Shown: in pieces, positions 24,478-38,500 of the stretch
Layout of the letters: every line of letters starts with the position of its first letter
How positions within the stretch are numbered: the stretch's first letter is position 1
Assembly (NCBI RefSeq): GCF_947568905.1
Contig: NC_079164.1
Span: forward strand, 27,280,001 to 27,344,000
From: Ostrea edulis
Lineage: Eukaryota
Length of the DNA stretch: 64,000 nucleotides
Direction of reading: 5' to 3'
Translations under genes and position numbers: made by a program
The notes under the pieces: generated by a model
What the model was told of the DNA's origin: nothing
The model's input: the letters and a program-made list of their open reading frames with translations, nothing else
Databases searched by the model: none

Positions 24478-27199
24478 TTTCTAAGATTTCTAAACATTTA
24501 TTTTGAAAAATACAATTGTGATATCAAGCGCTAAATTACAATTCAAACATTTATTCATAACTGTACATTTAACTGGTTGTCAAAATGTAAGTTCTGTGAC
24601 ACTTAGCAGCACAGTTTCCCGCAACTATTTACGGCACATTTAATGAAAGTATATTTTTTGTATCCAAAATTATTCTTCGAGACTTAATTTGCGGTGAACT
24701 TGCCGGAAAGTTATATGTGGTTATGAAATTCAATATCTTTAGTAAAATGTATTAATTGTGTTTGTATCTATATTTGTCTCGATTTTCAATGCGGACAAAA
24801 CTCTGTTTTGAGGCCCTCTCTTTCAGATGTTGCATATGTATATAAGTTTTCTTGTCATTAGCAGTCTTGTGTGGACATTTTCGATTATGTAACCCTTGAG
24901 GATGTAATGTTGGATTACTGCCCTTTATTTAACAATCACAACGTCCCGTTATGGTTCTTTTGGCACTCTTCTTTATTCGCTCGGAGTGAATAGACGGCTC
25001 ATTTGCAACTGGAAATGAACTTTATCTCTCGGTCGTGATTATCAATTGTGCATTTGTCCTTCATTTGTTTTGCATTACGTTTTTCTACATGCTCCCTTCT
25101 TAGAAAACGCAGGTTTTGCTTTTAAAATGTTGTGGTCTATCAATGGTCATTATGTCATGCAACTATGGATCTCCATATTACATGTATCTAACCAATATAA
25201 TTCATAACTGACAACATAGTTGTGGTTTACGCTGTAGATAAACAAGTATCTTGTAAACAGGCCATACTCGTGAAGCTTACTAGTCATTAGTTATGGTGAC
25301 TTTATCAAATGATATGATTTTAAGGCAAAATAGAGTCGAGTATATTTGCTGATCATCTTTCTTGTTTGGTCTTTCAAGAAGCTTTCAAGATAACCCCACA
25401 CTTGACTCATATCAGCTATTCACAGAACAGTATAGTATCACACACGTCTGCTATTAGTTTTCTACACAAACTTGTGCGCATTAAAGACCCAACACAAGCT
25501 TTGGGTACAAAAGAAATCTTTTTAAATAGGCTGACAGGTTAAGGGTCCTTCAAAAGACATCAGACTCCCTATTACAGACAGTATTATACGCAAATTGTTA
25601 TCAGCACTAAACCGTACAATCCCCTAATATTCAAATCGTAATCTGTTTCGAGTAATATTTCTTCTGACTGTTCGGGCTTTTTAAGGTTAGGGGAAATTAC
25701 CGTAAAATCAATAAGGCAAAATTTCTAATTCTTCAATGTGTAGATTTCTTTAGAGCATGCCAAGCTAGTAAATTCCGTCCAGTACAAGCGATGTTTGAAT
25801 ACTTGGAATTTTCCAAAGACATAATCGGTCCTCTTTTTCAGCTTTTGGGCGATTCACTTGTAACTAATTCAAAAGCAGTTTTTCATTTAATACAAGCGAT
25901 GATTTGAATTCAGTGGATTAAGTCCCAAGAGGTATAATGTTAAAAACATATATCTCAAGATATGCAGCTTATCTGGGTTACTCCGAGAACCCAATACAAA
26001 ATCTTAAGGTAGATGACAATCGGATGCACTACGCATTTATATTCACATTGAATCTCTTCGGATTTAATACATTTCAATTCTTAGGTGTATATATTTACTC
26101 GATCTGAATGGTTTTAAGACAATTTCATTATATGCAACTGTGACAGTTAAGATACATCTAGGTCCGCTTTCACTGAGATTGTGTAAATGCTGGTGTCACA
26201 GTTCAGAGATGTCTGCTGCTTTTAGGCTGTGTTTAATTATAATTAATTATAAAGATTTGTTAAGATGTATCTACTGGCTGCCCGAACAATGTACGTGTAT
26301 ATTAGTTCGTTATATATATTTCCTAGTTACCTCTGGGTGGAAGGATCCAATTAGCAATCGGGTTTTGACCTGATTAATTTGTAAAATCCCTTCTTATTTG
26401 ATTGCAGGCAGTTCTACTTCAATATTTCATTATAGGGGATGCTTACTCCACCTAGGCACCTGATCCCACCTCTGGTGTGTCCAGGAATCCGTGTTTGTCC
26501 AGCTATCTATTTTGTATTGCTTATGGGATTGATGAGATTGATCACTGTTCGTAATCTTCACCTTTCATGCGTTAGGTGGTCAGATTGATAATTATACCCA
26601 TGTGCCCTTCCCAAATTGCAAAGTTTGCTGTAAATATGTCGCAAGTTTGCGGCAAGCAATTCAGAATATACTTCATGATAGTCAGAAAAAGAAGTTATAT
26701 GGTGCGACCATTGACCAGGCTGGCTGTTTTCAACTTGCCATTCTGAGAGTTCCAACACGCAGGCCCGGATTTGAAAATACAGTTTAACGTGACAATTGAA
26801 TGAGGCAGTAGAGTTGTAGACAATACGAGATGTGATGATCAACTACTGAACAAATGGAAGGTAATAAGAAGGTGCCAGAATTTAATCATGCTTTTGATTC
26901 TATTGTGTAGACAGCAAGGAAATCTCCCGCTCATCTTAGATAGAAAAAGTTGTGTAAAACTTTAAAGTGTTCTCCCAAATAGTGTAGTGTAATGTTCGAG
27001 GGGGTCAATGTTCGTGGATAGCTAAATGTTTACTATTTCGTGTTTAACGCCATTTTGAAAATATAAATCATATTACTATAAAAGCTATTACGAAATATCA
27101 CTGGTTAGTGGGAACGTAAATCATGGGTAAAACGTATCCATCAAATCCACGAACATTGAGCCCCCCGACCAATAAAGATTCTACAGTAAGTGCCTCTGA

Positions 27200-27975
27200 A
27201 ATAGAAATGATTTCTCTTCCTGTCGATATTAACGATATCGTGTCGTTATCGGATCATGATCGTTTTTGTAATGGCTGTATGAGGACTGAAGTAGATCTGA
27301 TTTTTCTTCCTGTCAATGTCGTCGATGTCGACAATATCGTGTCGATATCGAATCGCGATTGTTTTGAAATTAGTGTTAGAACTGAAATAGAAAAGATATC
27401 TCTTCCTGTCGATCTCGTCGATATCGAGTCGCTACCGGATCATGATCGTTTTTCTAATGACTGTATGAGGGTTAGAATAGGTTTAATTTTGCTTCCTGTC
27501 GATATCGACGATATCGTGTCGAGAACTAGTCACGTTCGTTTTGCTTAACTTGTGTTTACATTGTGCTGTGTAGATTAAGGCTATTAATTCAAACACATTT
27601 GAAATTTAAATTGTCGATATCGATACGGTGTCATTGTGAGACTGTCGATATTGACATCGTAGACAGATATGATGTTGTGTAAACTAAGACTATCAATTCA
27701 AACACGTTCAAAATAGAAATTGTAGATATGGATACGATATTTTTGTGAGAATGTTAATATCCACGATATCGATATCGCAGACATACATTATGCTGTATAT
27801 ACTAAGACTATTAATACAATACATTCCGAATAAAGATTGCCGATATCGATACGAAATCGTTGTGGGAATGTCGATATCGACGATATCGACAACGTAAGCA
27901 GGCATCACGATATCGACCCCAATCAATTTGATATTGTCGATATTAACGATATCGAAATCAGATTGGATCTTGTAC
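27200..27975. repeat. CGATATCG-rich composite tandem/inverted repeat (~70-bp and ~110-bp units); copy at ~55520-55996 plus 57820-58110
   Basis: Repeated TCTTCCTGTCGATAT..CGATATCGTGTCG units and ATTCAAACAC..TTGTCGATATCGATACG units; dense GATATC/ATCGAT palindromes. Confidence 0.8.
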
Positions 27976-28859
27976 ATGTATGATCAAACGTTCTAACTTT
28001 CTTCATTTCTTGACTGTAATGGGAAGAAGACATTGTCCTTCGAGTAAAAAATAAGATAAAATGAATCTCCTGTGTCAAACTTTGTTTTTAAACACACAGA
28101 GAGAAACGGCAACCTCTTCTTTTATAAACTATCACGTTACCTCGGTTGAGTTTTTAAAAAAATCCCATTAACATTCCCAATTGAAATGTTTCAGAAAACA
28201 ATGTGACTAGAATACACCACATATCTGGCAAACACGGCAATAGCATGAAAAAAGTGCTAGTGGATAGTATTGTGCTTACGATTATAACAAAGGGATTGGT
28301 ATGTTACAAAGTACATGCAAATGGACTTATGAGCTGTAGAACAAACACATTTCACTTTCTATACTAACTTACGCTTCCCTGTGAAATGTAAATTAATGTT
28401 ACATCCTAGTGGATTTCCAGCAGAGTACATGCATATTTAAGGTTTGTCAACAAGATAGAACATCGAAAAAATATATATCCTATTACAAAAACGAAGAATT
28501 AACGTCTAAAACCACAGTAAGTTCGTTAAATCCTGCACTCACATTGCTCAATAATTGGTGACAACAATCACATATCGTCTGCAGCAATTCAGTTGTCAGC
28601 TCTGTCCATTTGTCACAATACATATGTACAAATTGTGAATGATGTTTCAGTTCAGAACGCATATACTATAACTACATGTCGTAGTCTTACCAGATTCACT
28701 TTGGAAGTTAATTGAAGTGTCAATCTTTGTTTTAACTTAAACTAAACTCATATGGCAAGTTTATACATCGTCCCAGGCTTATATGCTGTAACATTCAGAC
28801 TGGCGAGTTGAGACAAGCCTACCCTTTAATCATTTTATATATCCATTGTATCTGAATAT

Positions 28860-29460
28860 CATGAAGGACGCTTTGAAAAGGAAAGGTGAAGATAACAAAC
28901 AATGATTAATCTCATACCTTTTATAAACAATACAAAATATAGAGTTGGGCAAACACGGACCCTTGAATATACCAGAGGTGGGATCAGGTGTCTAGGAGGA
29001 GTAAGCATCCCCTGTCGACTGGTCACACCCGCCGTGATCTCTACATCTTGATCGGGTAAGTGGAGTTTTACATATTCAAAATCAATGTGCCATGAACGGC
29101 CTAACAATCGGTATGAAACACGTCAGACAGCTTATCCCACCTCTGGTGTGTCCAGGGGTCCATGTTTGCCCAACTGTCTATTTTTGTATTGCTTATAGGA
29201 GTTATGAGATTGATCACTGTTCGGTATCTTCACCTTACAGCATTTGACCCAGCTATAGTTTGCATTGTCAAACTAGATCGTTATAACGACCATAAAATTG
29301 TCTAAATGCTGATTGTAAATGAGACTGTTAAAACCCTTCATCATCAACTTGTTTGTTAGTAGCCTGCATCGATTTGAAAACTGACCATACGCAGAACAAG
29401 TTCTTGCGTATCGAATCAATTGAAATATATAAACACCATATGTATACAATTTAAGCTTTC
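28860..29460 (-). mobile_element. rearranged PLE 3' fragments (copy ~58960-59440)
   Basis: AAGGTGAAGATAAC...GGCAAACACGGACCC...GAAACACGTCAGACAG; copy 1 contains a short internal plus-strand piece (29136-29238). Confidence 0.75.
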
Positions 29461-32036
29461 AAAAATTATCTACTCCCAGTTTTGTGGCCCTTTTCACACA
29501 AACAATCCTACGATTAAGAAGAAAATTTTAAAACACTGCCATTCTTTTACAATTCTCCACTCATATTCCCGAATGAGCAAAACGTAAGTATATACATAGG
29601 TGAACAACTGGTATTCTTACTCAAGATTTTGTTCCACTCAGTTGAGTAGAAGAGAGAGACACAATTTTTATCTTAGTCGTAATCCCATTCAATATTTCAA
29701 TAATTATCTATTTTCCAGTTCTATCTTTTTAAGAGAATTTCTTAAATTGCTTTCTTTTTATAATTGTTTTATTTGTTCTCGATAAATCGCGCTTACATTC
29801 TGATGAAAGGTGAATATAACGAACAGTGACCAATCTCCTAAAATCTATAAGCAATGCAAAATAGAGAGTCGGGCAAAGACTGGTGTATCTATTCAATTCT
29901 AAATATGAGAGAAAAAGTGGTATGCTGCTGGAACACTGTGCTAGATGTCACAGAATGGAACACTATGTGCTGCTAGCTGATTTAGTTAACAGTCCTGACA
30001 CACATATCTGATTTACACAAACAAACAACCCATTTGCTGCAAACTTACAATCTCTGTCCAGAGTTATCGTTCCCGCTACGCTCCACTAATACCTCTGTCA
30101 ACGTCTAAAAAGTATATTAAATTGTACTAAAACTAACTTAGCATATCAAACTGTAATGATAATATCTAAGCAAATCAAACACTTGTCTGAATTTTTCACA
30201 AGCTTAAGATGGTAAATATGAGACACCTGAGCGAATTAACAGGTTTATAAAAATATTCATTCATTCAATAATACATGTACTTGAATAATCATACAATTCG
30301 TTGTTTTTGTGAACCTACATTAAGATTTAAAGCTTAAAACTTAAACTTGTAAAATTATAATATATGATGCAATAGGTAAAAGTAAGTTTGGCCAAGAATC
30401 TTGCCATTTAGACGATGACAGATGTGTTGTAGAATAGCGTAATACGCCCTTTGGTGAGATATTGGCAAACTCGATCTGCATTGTGGTAAGTATATATTGA
30501 GAAGTAAACGGGGATATATCATTATAAAACAAAGATTGCGGTAATAATTGCAGACTCCATGATGCCACCACACAGGAATACACATTGAACTACATCCACA
30601 AGAGAGTACACAAGACCAACATCCCAACAAACACTGTCAGGTCTTAATAATGGTTCACTACCGATATACAGAGTTAATGCCCCTGATTTAATTCATGCTA
30701 CGTGGCGTTGTGCTTGGTAGTTCCGGTGTCTCTTTGAACATTTGAAAATTCAGAAAACGATTGAGCGGATTGTTTAACATACAATTCCATCATTAGAAAC
30801 AGCATTGCCTTGGCATTTTGCGGAAATGAAGTGCACTGAAGGTAAGACATTCATTGATGGAAAGACTGTTTTAACCATGTTAGTTATTTTATACCGGCGA
30901 GATACAGATCAAGTTTTTATCGAAGTTATAACGTTGGTATAGATTGGCTTAAAAACGTGCATAATGACTTACTCAATGTTCAATATTTTACATTCAAAGA
31001 GAGAAAAGGTAGTTAGATATTATACAGATCTGAATGTTCAAATGCATAACCAATGAAACAAAACAGGTTCCTACACGTAGGTGGTCTTTCAGAGGAAATT
31101 CGGATACAACGAATACTTGTCGATTTTATTAACTTGTTAATTTCAACATAAATATGGAGGCAATTATGTGAACTAATTTATCATAATAGCCACATTTTAT
31201 ATGTATTTTTTCCCAATCTAATCGGATTATAGCAATTGGTTGATGAATATACTAACTACATTGTACTAGAAGAAAAACTCGCTGGTTTAATTATTATCTA
31301 GCAAGAGCAGGGTATGAACTCGTTAGGATAAGCGAGTTCTGCCCAATTTCTCCTCTTTTCATTCTTGTTCCCTCACTTTGTATTGTCTACAGTGGGATGG
31401 TCGGGCAAGTATAACTGGCAGCGTCCAAGTATGGGTCATGTTCAATTTTTTGTTGTTGACAATGTCATTGCTCATTTAATGCTATCTTGGGTTCTAAAAA
31501 CGACTTGTTGTAAAATACTGACTCTGAAGCATCGTTTCATAAGAGATTTGTCTGGGTCTGGAGATTTGGAAGTGAATTTCAAAATATTTTATTCTATCTG
31601 TCATTCCCTTCATACTTCCCTGGTTCTGTGGTGTTCAATAAAGTTGATATAACAAATAGCAGTATATAGCTAGTCCAATGTATCACACCACTGTCACATG
31701 TTGACTGAAAAATCAAAATTCCAAATTGACAGTTATGCTTTACATCTTAATGGTAACACATCTGTCAGCAGGAATTTTCTATTATTTATCAACAGAAATA
31801 ATTTTGGAAAGTGAACTTGTAATGTATGGGTAAGGGGTGTTACAACTATTATGGAGAAGAGAAATGGCAAAATATTAACAAATGAAATACCCATAGGTAT
31901 AGATATTATTTAAAGAGGTATACTACACCAGAGAAATATGATATGGATGAAAAGTGGAGAATATGTACAACAATTTACTGTATTTGGTCACAAAATGCAG
32001 TTTAAGTAGAAAGCAATCTGAAAATAATAGATAAAA

Positions 32037-32103
32037 CCCCTGCTGGACTCGAAAACACGATCTACAGTTTAGCAGTCAACGTGCTGAGCTACTCAGCTAG
32101 GCG
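32037..32103 (-). other. degenerate tRNA-like sequence (Ser-GCT-like), probably repeat-derived
   Basis: Minus strand GCCTAGCTGAGTAG...GACTGCTAA...TTTCGAGTCCAGCAGGGG has A-box/B-box-like motifs and a CT-GCT-AA loop; the acceptor stem is poor. Confidence 0.3.
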
Positions 32104-32315
32104 ATGATTTTAGAAATGAATAGACAAATATTGCTAATATTTATATCTTCATCCACGTTTTAAAAGGAAGTTGGCCATTATGACGATTTAGAGTACTTCC
32201 TTAAGATAGCACAGTAATGGAGTTAAACAGGAATATCATCTGGAGTCAGTCTGGTCCCAGTATATGTAAATTGAATAATAAAATGTTGCAAAGGAACAAT
32301 TTTCTTAATCCTTTA

Positions 32316-32365
<50 letters not shown>

Positions 32366-32544
32366 AGAAATAGAGGAAAAGGCATACAGAATTTCAATTT
32401 TTTGTGTATTTTTCTTTTTCAATTACTTTTAATACTTTAAACCGGGCACGGATGTTTTTAAATTAAATCTTATAGATATAATTTCCTGTATTTGACATTG
32501 AACTCAACGAATATCCGTTCTGTACCTATACATCTACATATTGT

Positions 32545-32672
32545 ACTTTCATGTCTGATTTAGTGTCACGCTATAACCTTTGAGTCCGTTCGATTTCCTG
32601 GAGCCCAACTGTTCCTTGTTCACGATCGACTTTCTGAAATATTTTTGTGGTTCACACGATTTCTGTTGTCGT
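32545..32672 (-). pseudogene. truncated coiled-coil leader exon copy
   Basis: Counterpart of 3918-4045. Confidence 0.65.
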
Positions 32673-32910
32673 TTTGGGGTGGTTATCTTTGTGTGAGATC
32701 TATTTACTCGTCAATTGGTTGTGTAATTTTGTATTTTGAAATTATTGAATCACTTTATTCTTACTATCATTTGTCTTTGTCGGCACTGTTCATCATTCCC
32801 AATCCACAATGGTACGAATTACCACCTAACATTTCAACATAATTGCTCTAATGACCTTCCAATCATCATCACGATACCACAGTTTTATTATTTTTCTCTC
32901 TAATTTTATG

Positions 32911-33063
32911 NNNNNNNNNNNNNNNNNNNNNNNNNNNNNNNNNNNNNNNNNNNNNNNNNNNNNNNNNNNNNNNNNNNNNNNNNNNNNNNNNNNNNNNNNN
33001 NNNNNNNNNNNNNNNNNNNNNNNNNNNNNNNNNNNNNNNNNNNNNNNNNNNNNNNNNNNNNNN
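32911..33063. other. assembly gap (153 N)
   Basis: Run of N. Confidence 1.
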
Positions 33064-33368
33064 TTTTTATCAGATACGCTGGTGACGAATTAGCATTCTA
33101 GCACACTTTTAGTCAGAAATAGTTCATTTATCAATTTTGTCTATTTGTGCAACATTATTGTTAACGATGTAGATATTTGTCTTTATTTTTCCTTTTTCCT
33201 TTTTTTGGTCGCACTTTAGTGGTATGGTTAGGTTGGATGGGTGGTTGTAATTTTTAACGTCCTGCTCTAGAATCTTTCAATCATATGGATATGTCACCAT
33301 CGCCGGTGAGGGCTGCAAAATTTAGGCCTATGCTCAACATTCCTTACGGCCTTTGAACAGTGTCGTTG

Positions 33369-33427
<59 letters not shown>

Positions 33428-33581
33428 ATCTCTCAAAAGAAATAGAGGAAAAGGCATACAGAATTTCAATTTTGTGTGTATTTTTCTTTTTTAGATTCTT
33501 TTAATAGTTTAAATCGGATATATATAGAATTTCCTGCATTTGACATTGAACTCAACAAATATCCGTTCTGTATTTATGCAT

Positions 33582-33878
33582 CTAATTACCCATGTCTGAT
33601 TTAGTGTTACGCTGTAACCTTTGAGTCCCCTCGCTTTCCTGGAACCCAGCTGTTCCCTGTTCACGATTTTCTGAAATATTTTTGTGGATCACACGATTCC
33701 TGTTGTTATTTATTAATGCGTACTTGTCATGTTTCTCTCTCCGAATCAACATTTCAGCCATCTTCTCTAAGTAATCAATTCGTTGATTCTGTAAATGCAC
33801 CGTTTTTCTTAGAGAAGTGAGCCTTTTCTCATCAACGACCATATGAATCTCCAAATACAAGGCGATGTAAAAATTCAT
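33582..33878 (-). pseudogene. paralogous coiled-coil leader exon (donor intact, weak leader)
   Basis: MNFYIALYLEIHMVVDEKRLTSLRKTVHLQNQRIDYLEKM...RLQRNTKS; donor ATGG|GTAATT retained; no downstream exon found. Confidence 0.55.
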
Positions 33879-35579
33879 CGTTTTTAATAGTATGGAGTCT
33901 TTTTAACATATTCACTCTACATATTCCCGTTTATCGGACAAGGGATCTTTTTATGCTCCTTTAAGTTAATTTCGTACGATATAGTCACATTAAGTAGCAA
34001 ACTAATGCTAATAAACTCAATTATTGCTTCATATAAAATCATTTCTGTCATGTGCACTATTGATGTGTATTGCGAAGTGTTTCAAACATTGTTGCTTTTT
34101 GTAAGCATCTACAGAAATGTTCTATTTCTTGGAGACTTTGGCATTGCCATTTTTTAAATAAAAGCATTAACACCAGTTTTGGGTCATTTCGTTGAGTATT
34201 TCCCCATTCTTTGTTACAAGACAAACCTTTCTCATACATAAAGTAATGTACTGAATAGGTATTTTGAGGTACAAAATCATGTAGAAGTACCATGCCAGTT
34301 TTACGTTAGCGCAATTAACACCCAGTCACGCATTTCGACACAACCATCACCACTAAAAGAAAGCTTGAATATCGAAAACAGGCGCGGATACAGGCGGGGT
34401 GGGGGTAGGGGTGGTGGTAACCCTCCCCTCGAGATTGGCAAATATACAAATATTTGTCTACTTTTATGCACTAATATACTGTGTTAGACCCTAATATACA
34501 CCTGTAGATTGGACCCTTGAAAATACAATGTAATTGCATATCGTAGAATCTCCAACCTGGGGAAAAATTCTTGATCCGCGCATGCAATCAATATCAATCT
34601 AGACGTTCAATGCATTGGAAGATTTATGGCATCATAAAATTGCACATTTTTTTCACAATATCATTATATCGTGATGAATACGAAATCATTAAACCCGGAT
34701 TAAATCACTAGAACATTGGAATACAATTTATTTGGCTTGAAGTGTTTATATTTCATATATATTGGTCCTTAAAACAGTTCTTATTGGTCCTTAAACAATT
34801 CTTATTGGTTCTTAAAACAGTTCTTACGTGTGAAACATTCAATATTTCCGCAATGAGCATGTGAATATGGTGTATGTTGTTGAATTGATTTTATTTTACA
34901 TTTTCCTAGACTTGAAAGGTAATATATATTTTCATGATTTCTTTTCTTCATAACCATATAGAAAAATACACAGTTAAAGATAATCACGTCTTAACTGTTT
35001 CGTAACCGCAATATGAATGTTTTGTAATCAAAGAACAGACCAATAAATAACATTAATTTGTGGTGTTTATATTCCACGTAGGCATTCGATACTGAAATCA
35101 GTTGTTACACATTGATATTCTATACTGAAATCATTTGTCACACATATATTGATATTCCAACTTCCCCTCACCTTTCAAGCTGTCAGTAATTGTTCATTTC
35201 TTTGGCCGTTACGTCTATTCCGGTTTTAATTTGCGCGATAATAGTTACCGAGGAGAGAAATTAGATTAACTCTATATTAATCAATCATCAAAACAATGAA
35301 GATTCGTGTTACAATCATAATTGGTTTTGTCCTCTTTAAATACCATTGTTTGAATATCACGATATATTGAACAATATCTTAAATATATTTCACAACGGTA
35401 AGAGAATGCATCCAAATATTGAGTTAATGTTGTTCCAATTCATATTAAATCATGATGAAACATGCATTTCATTTAACAATATTCTGAACTTCTGTAAAAT
35501 GCAACATGCTTTTATTTTCTCCTTTTACACAAATGTTAATTATTTTCAAGAATGTGATGTCATGTTTATCATTTGGCAG

Positions 35580-38500
35580 TGAAATGTATGCTGATTTCGT
35601 CTCCGTGTATGGAAACACAATACTGGGACAATTACAGACTCCAATGTTTCCAGAACCACAGTATATATATCACACACCACATCGGTAAAGATGTCGTCCA
35701 GCAATGGACTCCGCCAGAAAATACATCGGGATGTCAGGAAATGATTTCAAATTCTTGTAGTTTTTCATTACCACTCAAAGAAATGATAAGAAACTATTCA
35801 TCACCATTTGCATCTGCAGTAAACAAATGTAATAACAAAAGAGAGTGTACATTACCTGCAGATTATTTTGGAAAAATTGATTCCGATCTTCGAAGTTTAT
35901 GCAAGAACAGTCTTAACATCTCGTTTCGTCAGAGTATTGAATATGAATGCATACCAGGTGTGTACATGTACACATATTTCTGAACCTATTCAATATCTGG
36001 CTAGTTTATTTATAATGTTTCAGACGAATTCGTGAATATTTTATTTTTTGTTCTTCGTAGATGCACATGTAGTGAGGAACTGTTCCGGAGTAAAGGACAA
36101 TAGATCAAAACATATTTACCTACAGCTCTTTGACGGATTTAGTGACCAACCTTGTCATGTTTACGCCGATTTATCAAAAGTTAAAATTTTACAAACCTAC
36201 CAGACAGAGTTACGCATTTCATCGAATGGAATTCTTATCTATGGTATGAAATGTCAGCGAAGATTTTTGTTTACTTTTACATTATCTATGCATTGACATG
36301 GGACCAAGATATATTCATTTCAAAGATACAGAATTATTTGAAGGCCATCCAACCATAGAATCTATAGTCGTTTAGGATCTGTTGACCTTCACATCCAGTA
36401 GTACCAATAGACCCACTGGCTGTATCGATCATCTGAGTATCATGTAATGTACATGTCAGGCACATATCATTGTTTATCAAAGTGAGGGTGGAGGTGTCTT
36501 ATCCTCAAGTGTTGTGTGCAATTGTGTGGTGCAAATGATTGAGAACTAAATGTCCGTATGTTAGTAAAGAAGCACAGGCAATCCTAGTATTGCTAATATT
36601 TCTGATGTAATAAGCAGTGTATTACTTCATAGTTTAAACCAAGATCCTCTTATTTGTATAGATCAACAGTCAGTACATCATCAAATAGTATCAAGAAAAC
36701 AAGTTAAAACAAGTGATCTTGACCTTATTCAAATGACCTTGGTTCAAGGTTAATACACATTTTCCGGTTAGCAATCTTCGTGTATACACAAGGTAGATAT
36801 TCAGGAGTAAATCTATTGGGTTAACTGCTGTCTGACGTGTTTCATTCCGATTCTTACAATGAAGGCCGTTCTTGGCACACTGATTTTGACAACGAATAAC
36901 TCCGTTTACCTGATCAAGATATAGGGCTCACGGCAGGTGTGACCGGTCGACAGGTGATGCTTACTCCTCCTATGCACCTGATCCCACCTCTAGTGTGTCC
37001 AGGGGTCCGTGTTTGCCCAACTCTCTATCTTGTCTTGCTTATAGGAGTCATGAGATTGATCTCTACTCGTTACCTTCACATTTCATGTTTACTATGAGCT
37101 ATAGAACCCCACCCTTGGACCAGAACTATAAACCCGGGGTTTATGAATTTCATAATTTGGGCTTCATGTTCATCATAACTATGCACCCAGTGTGTATTTT
37201 AGATGTTCAGAGTAATAACCATTTAATACATTTTCACAATGTGGTTTCCTCAGCATTAGAGATCAATACATATTTGAATAACTATATATATAATACATGC
37301 AGCAGGTTCCTGGAACCCTTGGCCCATAAGACATGAATTCCACAGTTTTGATAAAGCCGGGTGTGCATTATACCATGGGCATAATTTATTACTTAATATT
37401 TACATTCACTGAATATTTTCTCTTATATTTCTTTTGGAATCAATCCCGTGGGGATCCGGGCTAAAATGGGTCTTCAGTAACCCTTGCTTGTCGTAAGAGA
37501 TGACTAAATGAGGCGGTCCTTTGGATGAAATTGCAAAAGCCGAGGTCCCGTATCATATCAGGTGTGGCACGATAAAGATTCCTCCCTGCCCAATAGCCAT
37601 AAACGCTGAGCATAGACCTAAATTTTGCAGCTTTGCATCGGCAATAGTAACGTCTCCATCCGAGTGAAATATTGGTACGTTAAACAATACACAAACAATC
37701 AATCTTTTAGAATTGGCATTGCTTTCATCTGCGGCTAATAATACACGTTTTTTGAAAACTAGTTCGATCCAGTTTTTAGTACCGCCTGTCTGCGTTATCA
37801 TTACCAAATATGGAACATCATCAAGATCAAACGGTGAATTGGTTGTTTCGTTTAACGTAACGAATGAGTCAATCATAGATTATTTTAATACGTATTTCTA
37901 GTCTTTTTGTATGCTTCGAAAATACATAAAACTATAGATATGAAGGTAGCAATCATTGCAGAAAAAATTCATGATTTCTTTCCCTGCAATGCTTGCTACT
38001 TTCATTACCCGATGAAACAACAAAGAAAACATTTTATTGTCTAAATATTGAGATATACAATGTTTTTACCTTTTGAAATTTTACCGACTGAAATGATAGC
38101 CATTTCCTCATGAATGCGGACTATATAGCACGTCTATTTTAACGGCTGAGAATTCAGATGAAGTTAAAAAATAAATAGTAAAATGAATTTCAATTTTGAA
38201 AAATACTTCAGGATATGAACTCCAACGCTTCATGCCAGCATATGCATTTTCAACATATGATACATATGGCATATACATGTAGCTCCATCTTGAAGCTTAA
38301 ATCCTTGATCCAGGGATATTGATAGAAGCATTCATGCTCAATAAATGCCTAGTTTAAATATACAGTATATTTTCACCGTATGATCCAATGCTGGTCTCAG
38401 ATTACATAATTTTGTCAGAGACCTAATAGCTCATATTTTAGCAGTTACATGTATGTATTTTTACCATCTGATCCATGAATTTCACTTTTCTAGTAGAGGT

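Larger units (their letters stand above)
3700..30650 (+). repeat. segmental duplication copy 1
   Basis: Collinear with 32320-60620; ORF pairs 6804/35573, 10783/39595, 14986/43789, 19733/49173, 22221/51854, 27123/55449. Confidence 0.95.

Noticed and set aside
26558-26842. Overlapping ORFs next to a PLE end (also 54891-55245)
   Set aside because: No splice support or motif, and stops differ between copies.
27123-27548. Repetitive 141-aa ORF as a protein
   Set aside because: It arises from a stop-poor DNA repeat and is frameshifted in copy 2.
30341-30630. Cys/Trp-rich minus-strand ORFs (also 60332-60637)
   Set aside because: Differences between the copies show no codon-position bias, and there are no convincing splice sites or recognisable domain.
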